A DNA stretch of 61,822 nt from a virus. Lineage: Duplodnaviria > Caudoviricetes. The stretch covers positions 1-61,822 of the IMG/VR virus record IMGVR_UViG_3300046373_000181. One strand, 5' to 3'. The position numbers and the translations under genes were made by a program. Of the stretch, positions 9,129 to 17,355 are shown one piece after another. The notes under the pieces are model-generated. The model searched no databases. It had not been told where the DNA came from and saw only the letters and a program-made list of their open reading frames with translations. Position 1 is the first letter of the stretch; each line of letters opens with the position of its first letter.

Positions 9129-9961
9129 TCCACCGCGAACGTCTTTCTCTCCCAGCCCTCCGCTTCGGCTGGTAGCTTCTGGTTCATGGCGTCCATATCA
9201 AAGCGCTTGATCAGCGGGTCGTACCAGTTAACGGGCGTCTCTTTCTTTTCAATCTTATCAACCCGAACGGGCTTACCCCGTTTCTCCACGGCTTCTTTGG
9301 CTTGCAACTTGCTGGCTACCCGGTCAGCTTTCTTAGCTGCCTGCTCTGCCATAGAAATGCCTTTGGCACCCTGATTCTGGATGTAATCAATCTTGCTGGT
9401 GTTCTTTAGCAGTACCCGAATGGTTGAATCCTGCTTCAACTCAAACCGGGTAAGGATGTAGCGAAACTCGCTAATCATCAGCGTTTGTTGGTTTAGCGCT
9501 TCAACCTTCATGGTTTCTTTGTCCTCGTTATTTTGATACGCCGTGAATAGCCAGAACCCAATCGCTACGGCTGTACTAAAGCTAAGGCCTCCCGCTCCGG
9601 CTAGTAGCGAGACCGTGCGCTCACGCTTGGTCATGGGCCGAACGGCAAGGCCCTGCACCCGTCCGTGTCGATCGGTTTGCAGGGCCTGCACGATACGCAA
9701 AGCCTTAATGATCATAAGTGTCATTAGGAATACTTCCCGAAAGATAGGCTCGAGTGAAGGCTGCCGGGCCGGTTCGGCAAACCACGAGAGTGCCCAACCA
9801 AAGGTGACGACGAGTGAAAAGCCGTAGGCCAGTCGTTTCCAAAGACCAAAGCGGGACATTAAATAAAACAGAACTACGTCCAGGGGGAACATGGCGCATA
9901 AACAGATCACCGTAATTTCCCGGTTGGTGATATACAAAAAGCGCGTCAGATCGTGCCACAT
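9122..9961 (-). CDS. Multi-TM protein with coiled-coil C-terminus (lysis-associated?)
   Basis: About 4 hydrophobic segments; late-region location. Confidence 0.7.
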   Translation of the reverse strand: MWHDLTRFLYITNREITVICLCAMFPLDVVLFYLMSRFGLWKRLAYGFSLVVTFGWALSWFAEPARQPSLEPIFREVFLMTLMIIKALRIVQALQTDRHGRVQGLAVRPMTKRERTVSLLAGAGGLSFSTAVAIGFWLFTAYQNNEDKETMKVEALNQQTLMISEFRYILTRFELKQDSTIRVLLKNTSKIDYIQNQGAKGISMAEQAAKKADRVASKLQAKEAVEKRGKPVRVDKIEKKETPVNWYDPLIKRFDMDAMNQKLPAEAEGWERKTFAVDH

Positions 9962-9973
9962 ATAATTCAGGTG

Positions 9974-10474
9974 TTAACTCTTCTTTGTGAAGAGGTCTTT
10001 AAGCGTTGAAAATCCTTTTCCAATTAGATCGTCACCGAGGAAGGATATGAGTTTCACACCTTTTTCAATCACAAAATCAACCGCTTCGCGCGGGTTACGA
10101 AATATGTATTCGACGCACCGACCAAGCATATCCGCCCCGCAGGCAGCAAAGGCCCGTCCGGCATTGGGTTCAATCCAGTTGAAATGCTTGGCGACTTCGA
10201 CGCCCATGTAGAGTCCTGCCATGTAGCCAACAAAAAGTCCGCCTAGTACCCTCATCGGCGTATTGGCTTTGAATAATATCTGACCGCCAACAGCACCCAT
10301 CAGACACGCTACCCATTCCAAAAAATGCAATTCGGGGTGAAGAGAAGCGATAATTTTATCAATAAGGTCTGCGCTGGCCAGCAACAGGGTTAATAAGGCA
10401 AACACCCGTGACGCCTGCGAATCATTGAGTGACATTGTTTTCATCTTAGTAAAGAGTGGGAAACTATTGAACAA
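9974..10474 (-). CDS. Putative holin-like membrane protein
   Basis: 3-4 TM segments and a charged C-terminus; start probably at MKTMSL. Confidence 0.6.
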   Translation of the reverse strand: MFNSFPLFTKMKTMSLNDSQASRVFALLTLLLASADLIDKIIASLHPELHFLEWVACLMGAVGGQILFKANTPMRVLGGLFVGYMAGLYMGVEVAKHFNWIEPNAGRAFAACGADMLGRCVEYIFRNPREAVDFVIEKGVKLISFLGDDLIGKGFSTLKDLFTKKS

Positions 10475-10533
10475 GACGTAATGGTGTGGTGGAGGATGGG
10501 TAAGCTGTACAGAACTACCGTTTAATCAATATG

Positions 10534-10596
10534 GGTATTATTTTTAATACTTTATCAACAAACACTTGCAGGTATTATATTTAATACCTACCTTTG
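10534..10596 (+). promoter_or_regulatory. Bacteroidota promoter with two 18-bp palindromic operators
   Basis: GGTATTAtttTTAATACt 10534-10551, GGTATTAtatTTAATACC 10571-10588, TACCTTTG 10589-10596. Confidence 0.8.
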
Positions 10597-10642
10597 ATAC
10601 GAAGCAGATGGGAAACGATTCCCGCTTAAAACACACAAAGCA

Positions 10643-10948
10643 ATGACTACGCAAGCCACCCCCGCCATTGAAACACTTTTTCGTAAATCTTCCTGGGGCA
10701 ATGAAGTTTGTAATGCACTAGGGTACGAACCAATTCTAAACATGATGAGCCGCGCTAAAACGACAGTTGATGAGGCCTATAGTAACCCATTGGTTTCGGT
10801 GCAACATGAAGTTCGTAGCGGTAACGGAAAGACGGTAAACGTTTATCTTTTGAAGGTGGACGGTAAATTTCTTGCCGCCACTTCCCCCGAAAATCCAAAT
10901 GTATCGAAAGCCCCGATTAGCGTAATCCTAAAGTCCCTCGGTTTATAA
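10643..10948 (+). CDS. Moron hypothetical protein
   Basis: First gene after the promoter. Confidence 0.75.
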   Translation: MTTQATPAIETLFRKSSWGNEVCNALGYEPILNMMSRAKTTVDEAYSNPLVSVQHEVRSGNGKTVNVYLLKVDGKFLAATSPENPNVSKAPISVILKSLGL

Positions 10949-10969
10949 CCCCTTAAAACACACAAGAAA

Positions 10970-11251
10970 ATGGCAACCGCAACTATCACCTTCGGAACTC
11001 AGGCTTTTACATACAACACAGACACATTAGTCATTCAGCCAGCAATTGAATTTGATCAGTATAAGGTATTAGCTCGTGAATGTTCTGAAAAAAGCACATT
11101 CGCGAATGGGGATGTACTTTATCTGTTTGAAAATGAGGGGAGCATTGATTGTATAATTAGCACAAATGGTGATTGTTATGTAGGCGACTATCGTGTTTCG
11201 ATTGATTCCTATATGGATGATATGGAGATTAAATTGGTAAGCTGCGAATAA
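10970..11251 (+). CDS. Moron hypothetical protein
   Basis: AT-rich ORF. Confidence 0.7.
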   Translation: MATATITFGTQAFTYNTDTLVIQPAIEFDQYKVLARECSEKSTFANGDVLYLFENEGSIDCIISTNGDCYVGDYRVSIDSYMDDMEIKLVSCE

Positions 11252-11254
11252 ATC

Positions 11255-11294
11255 AAAAAAAACGCCCGGCTGACTCCACTCAGACCGGGCGTTT
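11255..11294. terminator. Hairpin with U-tract on the minus strand
   Basis: aaacgcccgg...ccgggcgttt preceded by an A-run. Confidence 0.7.
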
Positions 11295-11317
11295 CACTTA
11301 AAACACCCGGCAAAGAT

Positions 11318-11611
11318 ATGGATACCAATGAAAAAGATTACCCAAAAGATGAAGTATTCAAAGTTGCAACTGAAGTTGTAGCTAAGAAAAAGCGTCAACT
11401 ATTCACAAAAGAAGACGTAGAAGACGAACTGGGCTGGCTCAGGGTGTCTTCCATTAACCCGTCCGATATTGCCCGCCAAATGGGCATGTCGCCTACCCTG
11501 TTTGCCAACAAACGATACCAACGCCAGTATAAGCGATTCAGCAATGAAGAACTGAATCGTTTGGATGACATTCGGACCGAGATCATCAATACCCTACTTA
11601 TGTGGGGGTAA
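11318..11611 (+). CDS. HTH transcriptional regulator
   Basis: INPSDIARQMGMSPTLFANK...RFSNEELNRL. Confidence 0.8.
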   Translation: MDTNEKDYPKDEVFKVATEVVAKKKRQLFTKEDVEDELGWLRVSSINPSDIARQMGMSPTLFANKRYQRQYKRFSNEELNRLDDIRTEIINTLLMWG

Positions 11612-11639
11612 TTCTGTACAGCTTGTCAAAGAACTTTTT

Positions 11640-11668
11640 GCCTGCTACCGTCGTAGCGGGCTTTTTTA
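11640..11668 (+). terminator. Intrinsic terminator of the moron
   Basis: gcctgctac-cgtc-gtagcgggc-tttttt. Confidence 0.8.
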
Positions 11669-11686
11669 CGGTGGTACGGAATCCGG

Positions 11687-11959
11687 TTATTTTAGTAATC
11701 CCGCGAAGTTGAGCAGGGCCGCTGCTGCTTTGATGTCATCGCCCGTTATCCAGGTGGATGTGCCATCGGCGTAGCGCACCACCACGTCGACCGGCATGCG
11801 TTCGGGTAGGGTCAGGGCGGGCAGGGCTTTTTTGAAGTCCTTGAGGTAATTATCGACCAACTTGTCCGAGCGTACGTTGCGGCCGGTTAGCGTTACGATG
11901 CTGTCGGGCTTTCCCGAAGCAGCTTCCATGTCTTTGATTGTTTTTGGTTGCTTTGCCAT
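11687..11959 (-). CDS. Hypothetical protein
   Basis: 90-aa ORF in late-operon orientation. Confidence 0.7.
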   Translation of the reverse strand: MAKQPKTIKDMEAASGKPDSIVTLTGRNVRSDKLVDNYLKDFKKALPALTLPERMPVDVVVRYADGTSTWITGDDIKAAAALLNFAGLLK

Positions 11960-11986
11960 TGGTTTGTTTAAGTCATTGATTGTTAA

Positions 11987-11994
11987 TACATTTG
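11987..11994 (+). promoter_or_regulatory. Bacteroidota -7 box driving the tRNA-like RNA
   Basis: TACATTTG 4 nt before the RNA 5' stem. Confidence 0.7.
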
Positions 11995-11996
11995 CA

Positions 11997-12139
11997 GTGC
12001 GAGTGGCGGAAATAGACGCTAAGCATCCATCAGTGTTAGGGTTGGCGAAAAGTGACGAAGAGTGGTGTCTGATAGGGCCACAAAAACGGATCGCCGTAGT
12101 TTATAATAAACCCCGTATGGGTTCAATCCCATCTCGCGA
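11997..12139 (+). ncRNA. tRNA-like RNA with a greatly expanded variable arm
   Basis: Acceptor GCGAG/CTCGC, class II-type D-arm TGGCGGAAATAGACGC, T-arm ATGGG-TTCAAT-CCCAT, own promoter and terminator. Confidence 0.7.
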
Positions 12140-12145
12140 GTATTC

Positions 12146-12176
12146 GCCCGTTTGCCGCTCGCAGACGGGCTTTTTT
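12146..12176 (+). terminator. Intrinsic terminator of the ncRNA
   Basis: gcccgtttgc/gcagacgggc stem followed by T6. Confidence 0.85.
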
Positions 12177-12879
12177 ATGGCTTACGATTCAACACCTCTT
12201 CCAGTTGGCTTTCCTTCTGCACATCGGCCTTAATACTGTCCACCGCACTAGCTGCCTGCTTCAACCGCTTCGATTGCTTGGTTTCAAAGAAGAGGAACCT
12301 GGCTTTTTTGGCCGCTACCTTTAGGGTGGTACTCACCGTTCCGAGCTTCGGGCCAACTCGTTTCAGCGTTCCACCCATGCGCTCCGTTTTCGTCGTTAGT
12401 ACGCCAATGACCCTACCGACTGAATCCAAACTCTTCGCTCCGATTGCTTCCCGCTGCACCGTTTGCAGATTGGCCAGCACCACCCGCCCGTCACCGGGGG
12501 TAAGGGTTGCCGGATCAATACCTTTGTCAAGCGTGCCGTTTTGCTGGAGTCCTACGTAGTTGGCGTGTTCCTGCTGGGCTTTGGTGAGCCGGGCTGCATA
12601 GTTGTCCGAGATTGCATATTGGGCGTTCAGGTCAGCTTTCCACTTATCCCCGTAAGCAATGGCTTGCTGCCAGCGACCCGCAATGTCAGCAATGACTGAA
12701 TCCTTTGTGGCGTTCAGCCGAACCAGTACAGGCAGTTCCTTGCGCAAACTGTCGCGTTCGGTCTTGTACTGCCCTGCTGTGGGGTTCCACACCTCGGGGC
12801 GCACCCAGTAGTAGCTCACCGCCCAGATGATAAGGACAATGCCAATAAGGCTCCCAAACAACTTGTAGCCCAGTGCCAT
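12175..12879 (-). CDS. N-terminally anchored coiled-coil protein (i-spanin-like)
   Basis: Single N-terminal TM followed by a long helical region. Confidence 0.55.
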   Translation of the reverse strand: MALGYKLFGSLIGIVLIIWAVSYYWVRPEVWNPTAGQYKTERDSLRKELPVLVRLNATKDSVIADIAGRWQQAIAYGDKWKADLNAQYAISDNYAARLTKAQQEHANYVGLQQNGTLDKGIDPATLTPGDGRVVLANLQTVQREAIGAKSLDSVGRVIGVLTTKTERMGGTLKRVGPKLGTVSTTLKVAAKKARFLFFETKQSKRLKQAASAVDSIKADVQKESQLEEVLNRKP

Positions 12880-12880
12880 A

Positions 12881-13132
12881 TCAGGAAGGGGTTTCGGTAG
12901 TGGTGGCTTTGGGCATCACGTCGGGCGTTGTTGATCCTGCGTTCGCTTCCTTCGCCTTTGCCAGCTCGACAAACTTTTTGCCGATAGCGTAGATCGCACC
13001 AGTGCTAATGGCGAACCATCCGGCACTATTGCCAATATTGTAGCCGGTAATTACCAGCATGGCAGCGTTTAACATTTCGACCACATCAACCAATGTGATG
13101 GGGAATGGCAGGAATTTTGATTGGTTGTTCAT
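12881..13132 (-). CDS. Small 2-TM protein (holin-like)
   Basis: 83 aa, two hydrophobic segments, follows the tail genes. Confidence 0.55.
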   Translation of the reverse strand: MNNQSKFLPFPITLVDVVEMLNAAMLVITGYNIGNSAGWFAISTGAIYAIGKKFVELAKAKEANAGSTTPDVMPKATTTETPS

Positions 13133-13135
13133 AGA

Positions 13136-16100
13136 TTAATTAGCTGTAAATTGTAACTGCTGCATGTCAATGGCCCGGTCGCGTTTCTGGCCGTTGTCCC
13201 AAACCGTAATTCTCAATGTGGTCGGTGTGGCCAGGTTCGCCCCAGCTTCAAAAACAGTAAGTGAGGGAGTCGTGTAACTACCAAATTTCAAGCTTAGTAC
13301 CCCACTCATCACCTTAATGCTAATAGGCTGATTGGCAATCAGTGCGTTCGCCGGAGCCGTAAAGGTTTGTTGTTGGGTTAACAGCGTCGTGTTTGCGTAC
13401 CAGTAGGTTTGGGCAGGCGACACATCAAACCGGGTCTTATTGTAATACCTGGCGATCACCTTGCCTGAATTATCCAGCACATCCAAATAGATACCCCCGC
13501 TGCCGGCACTGCCAAACTCTAAATCATTGCCATTGCCGAAGGTGTTGTTAACCACCCCCGACAGTTCCCAACTGGTCGAATTGTTGGCCCCCAAACTTCG
13601 ATACACGTACTCGGTTTCATTATTCTTACTGAACTTCACAAACAGATCAGGACTGGCGAACCTATTATAGTTCTGAATACTGGTCCGAATTGAACGCACA
13701 TTGCCGCTGAACTCAGCGGTCAAATCTTCCGTGCTTGTCCGGTACCATCCGGCGATGGTTGTGCTGGCTGGCAGGGTAGATAGTCTGGGCAGTCCCGAAA
13801 GTAAATCCGTAGCGGTTGTGGTCACCTGGCGAAAGGCTTTGGTCGACGCTACCAGGCTAAGGGTCTGCGTTTCGGCAATCGAGTTCAGCCCCGTTATTTT
13901 CCAGCGATCAAGGCCCGAATAGCCCCCTTCCTCGGCGTGGTAGATATAAGCCACATCGGAGTTGGTCGGATCAATGACCGCATGGCCGAAGTGCACACCC
14001 CCGGCCATACCCGTCTGATCGGTATCCCGTCCGGTGGGACCAAATACGCCGACCAGCAAGCCATTGTCATACACATGCTGCCATTTGTTGGTCTGCGAAT
14101 CTTTCCAGAACTCACCGAAGTAGTTCCAAAAAATATGTTTACCGGCGACGGCCACATCGCCCCCCGCATACCCATTCTGATTGCCGGCGACGAAATTCGC
14201 ATGGTTGCCAATATCATACGATCCGTCACTGGGATACTCCCCCTGATAGGACGGCCCACTTGTCGCATAGGCGGTTCGCCATTTCCATCTGGTGGCTCCC
14301 AGTTTGATCGCCCCTAAATGAAAGCCGTAACCGTGGCCGTTCGCCACCATGTTCTGCTGCAGAATCGGAAGTAAACTGGAGCTGGTTAGCTTGCCTGCCG
14401 ATTCGGAGCCGTAACCCGACCAGTCGATAGGATCGCTGGCTGCTAGTGTTGTTGACGCAATACCCGTAGCGGTGCCCCATGTGGGGTTGTTACTGCCATC
14501 GAAGCCAGTCAGGCTCTGTTTGGTCCAGCTATAGCCGGGTGGGGTTGCCCCCAGACTGGAAACAGTTCGGTATAGCCCCCCGTCTTTTCCCATGTAAACC
14601 GGAGCCGACAGGCTGATGCCGGTGAACCGAAGCTGACCACTCGCCGGTAGTTCAACCACACTCAATGCCCCGGTATCGTAGCGACGAAGCAGGCCATAGG
14701 TGCGCGAATTGGACAGGGTGGCTACGTTGGTGAGTGCGCCAAAAATGTCCACATTCTGAATCAGGTTATCGAGCCTGAAATATTGGGCCGGTATTTGATT
14801 TCGCCAGTTACGAACGAGCGTCCATGAGCCATTTGTCGGAGAAAGCGTTTTGGTGTAGTCAATCGCAAATTCGAGGTACTGATCGAATAGCCGGACCGGG
14901 TTATTTGCATCTAATCCACTTACGTAGCTGGCTGGAATGTAGGCGATATTGTCAATATAAGCCCGGCTCGAATTAAAATGCTGCACCCGGTAATTGCCCC
15001 GATCACCCACCCAGAAACTACCGTCACTTTGATAGGCAATAAAGCTGTCATTGATACCCCCTGATAGGTCGGAGAAGTAAAAGCGGTCATTGCTCACGAT
15101 GGGCGTGGTACTATACCCGCCCGATTGTCCCAGCGTCCATGAAGCCGCACCGGTCGCATTACTGAACCCCTTCACCTGCTGGGCTGTGCCGGCATCGCAG
15201 ACCACGACCGTGCTGCCATTCACCGTGACGGCGAGAGGAGCCACCAGTCCCGATAGCGTGACGGCCACCGTGCCTAATGTGCCGTCACTGTTCACGGGGA
15301 ATTTGGCTACCGTGTTGGTACCTGAGATAACCCACAGAAAGTTATCCGTATCCATCGCGATCTGACGCACACCCGAAAGGGTAATTGTCCTGACCAGCGC
15401 CCCGGTTGTCTTATTGAGCACGGCAATGGTACCCGAAGTGTTGTGGGAAACAAATAAGTAGTTGCCCGTTGTCTGCACGGCAAGACCCGTAATGTAGTTA
15501 TTGGTGGTTTGCAGATCAATGGCACTATTGGCGTATGTGCCCTGACCTGGTGTGTAAGATGTTCCACTCGAAAACGTCACCCGGCTATCGTCTGAAACCC
15601 GCGTAGCAAACACCCACGTATTCTTGCCGTTACCACCGGGGCTGAACAAATCATAGCCACCGTAGTACACATTGGTACCATCCGAGCAAATGTACTCTGT
15701 GGCCTGATTGGTGCCAGTGGGCAGGTACTCAATCTTCACCTGTGGCGCACTCTTGAGGAACTTCGCCGGGGAGGGCGGTCCCTCGGCGTAATGCTGGCAG
15801 AAGTATATATAGTTACCTACCTCCACCATGCCCCGGATGAATTGATACCCCTTATGGATGCCCGTCTTACTGCCACTCGTCACGGAGGTGTTACCAATCG
15901 CCCCCTCGTAGCTGTACTGCACATTGTTGACTAGCACACGGGCAAAGTAACTACCCGCCGGTACTACACCCCCCGCATCATCCAAACCGTCCCAGGTGTA
16001 AGTAAGTGGGCTTGAACTAACAGAGACTACGCCCGACCAGAGCGTCCGGATCAACGTAGAGTCCGCCGTAAAGATGCCCGCACTACTTCGATACCCAACG

Positions 16101-16315
16101 GGTACCGAGTAGGCAAACGAGCCATCCGTCAAACTGCCATCGGGCAAGGTGAAACGTATGGCAGCCCCCGTGGGAGTTGTACCGGTTTTGGTCAGCACCA
16201 GTTTTTTAGTGGTGCCCGTGGGGACTGTTCCGGTTAGGTCAAGTCCGATGCGCTGCGACTGGGCGAAACCAGTAAAACTCGCCAGCAGGAGCAGGAAAAC
16301 AAGTAGGTGTCTCAT
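13136..16315 (-). CDS. Large signal-peptide protein: FlgD-type Ig domain plus beta-propeller repeats
   Basis: MRHLLVFLLLLASFTGFA-Q; LIRTLWSG...YTWDGLDDAGGVVPAGSYF; NHL-like repeats (FWVGDRGNYRVQHF). Confidence 0.8.
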   Translation of the reverse strand: MRHLLVFLLLLASFTGFAQSQRIGLDLTGTVPTGTTKKLVLTKTGTTPTGAAIRFTLPDGSLTDGSFAYSVPVGYRSSAGIFTADSTLIRTLWSGVVSVSSSPLTYTWDGLDDAGGVVPAGSYFARVLVNNVQYSYEGAIGNTSVTSGSKTGIHKGYQFIRGMVEVGNYIYFCQHYAEGPPSPAKFLKSAPQVKIEYLPTGTNQATEYICSDGTNVYYGGYDLFSPGGNGKNTWVFATRVSDDSRVTFSSGTSYTPGQGTYANSAIDLQTTNNYITGLAVQTTGNYLFVSHNTSGTIAVLNKTTGALVRTITLSGVRQIAMDTDNFLWVISGTNTVAKFPVNSDGTLGTVAVTLSGLVAPLAVTVNGSTVVVCDAGTAQQVKGFSNATGAASWTLGQSGGYSTTPIVSNDRFYFSDLSGGINDSFIAYQSDGSFWVGDRGNYRVQHFNSSRAYIDNIAYIPASYVSGLDANNPVRLFDQYLEFAIDYTKTLSPTNGSWTLVRNWRNQIPAQYFRLDNLIQNVDIFGALTNVATLSNSRTYGLLRRYDTGALSVVELPASGQLRFTGISLSAPVYMGKDGGLYRTVSSLGATPPGYSWTKQSLTGFDGSNNPTWGTATGIASTTLAASDPIDWSGYGSESAGKLTSSSLLPILQQNMVANGHGYGFHLGAIKLGATRWKWRTAYATSGPSYQGEYPSDGSYDIGNHANFVAGNQNGYAGGDVAVAGKHIFWNYFGEFWKDSQTNKWQHVYDNGLLVGVFGPTGRDTDQTGMAGGVHFGHAVIDPTNSDVAYIYHAEEGGYSGLDRWKITGLNSIAETQTLSLVASTKAFRQVTTTATDLLSGLPRLSTLPASTTIAGWYRTSTEDLTAEFSGNVRSIRTSIQNYNRFASPDLFVKFSKNNETEYVYRSLGANNSTSWELSGVVNNTFGNGNDLEFGSAGSGGIYLDVLDNSGKVIARYYNKTRFDVSPAQTYWYANTTLLTQQQTFTAPANALIANQPISIKVMSGVLSLKFGSYTTPSLTVFEAGANLATPTTLRITVWDNGQKRDRAIDMQQLQFTAN

Positions 16316-16318
16316 CGC

Positions 16319-17350
16319 TTAGTTGTCGAGTTGTTTCCAGGCCGTACCCGTCCAGCCGTAAAAGTGCCCTGATTGAAACACCAGCGTTCCGCCCGCGCCC
16401 GTGGGCACAGGTGTTGTCGCGTTGTTGGCAATGGTTGCATAGCCGCCATCGGAAATCTTGACCGCTCCGCCTACGTCCAGCTTTTCGGTGGGGGCCGTTA
16501 CGTTGATGCCCAGCCTGCCGCCATTTAGGGTTCTTAGGCTCATAATGGGACTAATCCCATCCGCCAGCGTGCTATAGGCCGTACTGTTGCCGTAGAAATC
16601 ATAGCCGTTGTCGGTGCCCGTGCCGGTGCTGGATGAATTAAATTTGATGACATTGCCAGCCCGCGTAATGGTCGCATCGGCATCCGTACCCAGGGCCAGG
16701 TTGCCCACATTGAACTTGAAGCCCGGCATATTCTCAAGGCCCGTCACGTTGACAAAATTGAGGGCGTAGAACTTTTTTGCGGTGCTTCCAAAAAACAGAC
16801 GTTGCTGATCCGCATTGGGTGTGATATATAACGCTTGCTGGCTGCCATTGAGCGCATCGGTCGTTGTGGTGACGTTGGTGCCCGATACCGCCGTGGAGGA
16901 AATGACACCACCGGCGCTTATGGCAATACCGGTGCCTGCCGTGAAGCCCGCCCGAATCCGGGTTAGCTCCGTGCTAAGCCGGATGTTCAGTGGTGACGCA
17001 TTGGTGCCCGCGCCGGTAAACTGGGTGGAGTCAACGAAGAGTTCCGCCCCGGTAGTAAATGTGGTCGTGGTTACACCCGTTACCCGCCCTTTGGCATCGG
17101 TCGTAATAACCGGGATGGCCGTAGATGATCCATAGGTGCCTGTCGTCCCGGTGTTGCTTAGTCGGGCATCAGGCAGCGTGCCCGTAGTGAGTGAACTGGC
17201 GCTGGTTGTTATGCCTGAAGAAATATTTCGATAGGCTGACGTTCCTGACTTTATGTATACAGAACCGGATGAGTCCTTTAAAAAAACCTGAGCCTGTGCC
17301 CCAAACGCGGAGAATAAGCCCAATAATAATAGAATGAGTCTATGTTTCAT
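16319..17350 (-). CDS. Tail fibre-like protein with signal peptide
   Basis: MKHRLILLLLGLFSAFGAQA-Q; ITTDAKGRVT, GRLGINVTAPTEKLDVGG, FYGWTGTAWKQL fibre motifs. Confidence 0.8.
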   Translation of the reverse strand: MKHRLILLLLGLFSAFGAQAQVFLKDSSGSVYIKSGTSAYRNISSGITTSASSLTTGTLPDARLSNTGTTGTYGSSTAIPVITTDAKGRVTGVTTTTFTTGAELFVDSTQFTGAGTNASPLNIRLSTELTRIRAGFTAGTGIAISAGGVISSTAVSGTNVTTTTDALNGSQQALYITPNADQQRLFFGSTAKKFYALNFVNVTGLENMPGFKFNVGNLALGTDADATITRAGNVIKFNSSSTGTGTDNGYDFYGNSTAYSTLADGISPIMSLRTLNGGRLGINVTAPTEKLDVGGAVKISDGGYATIANNATTPVPTGAGGTLVFQSGHFYGWTGTAWKQLDN

Positions 17351-17355
17351 GGTTG

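Noticed and set aside
12044-12095. Hammerhead ribozyme inside the tRNA-like RNA
   Set aside because: CTGATAG does not fit the CUGANGA core, and the stems are not arranged correctly
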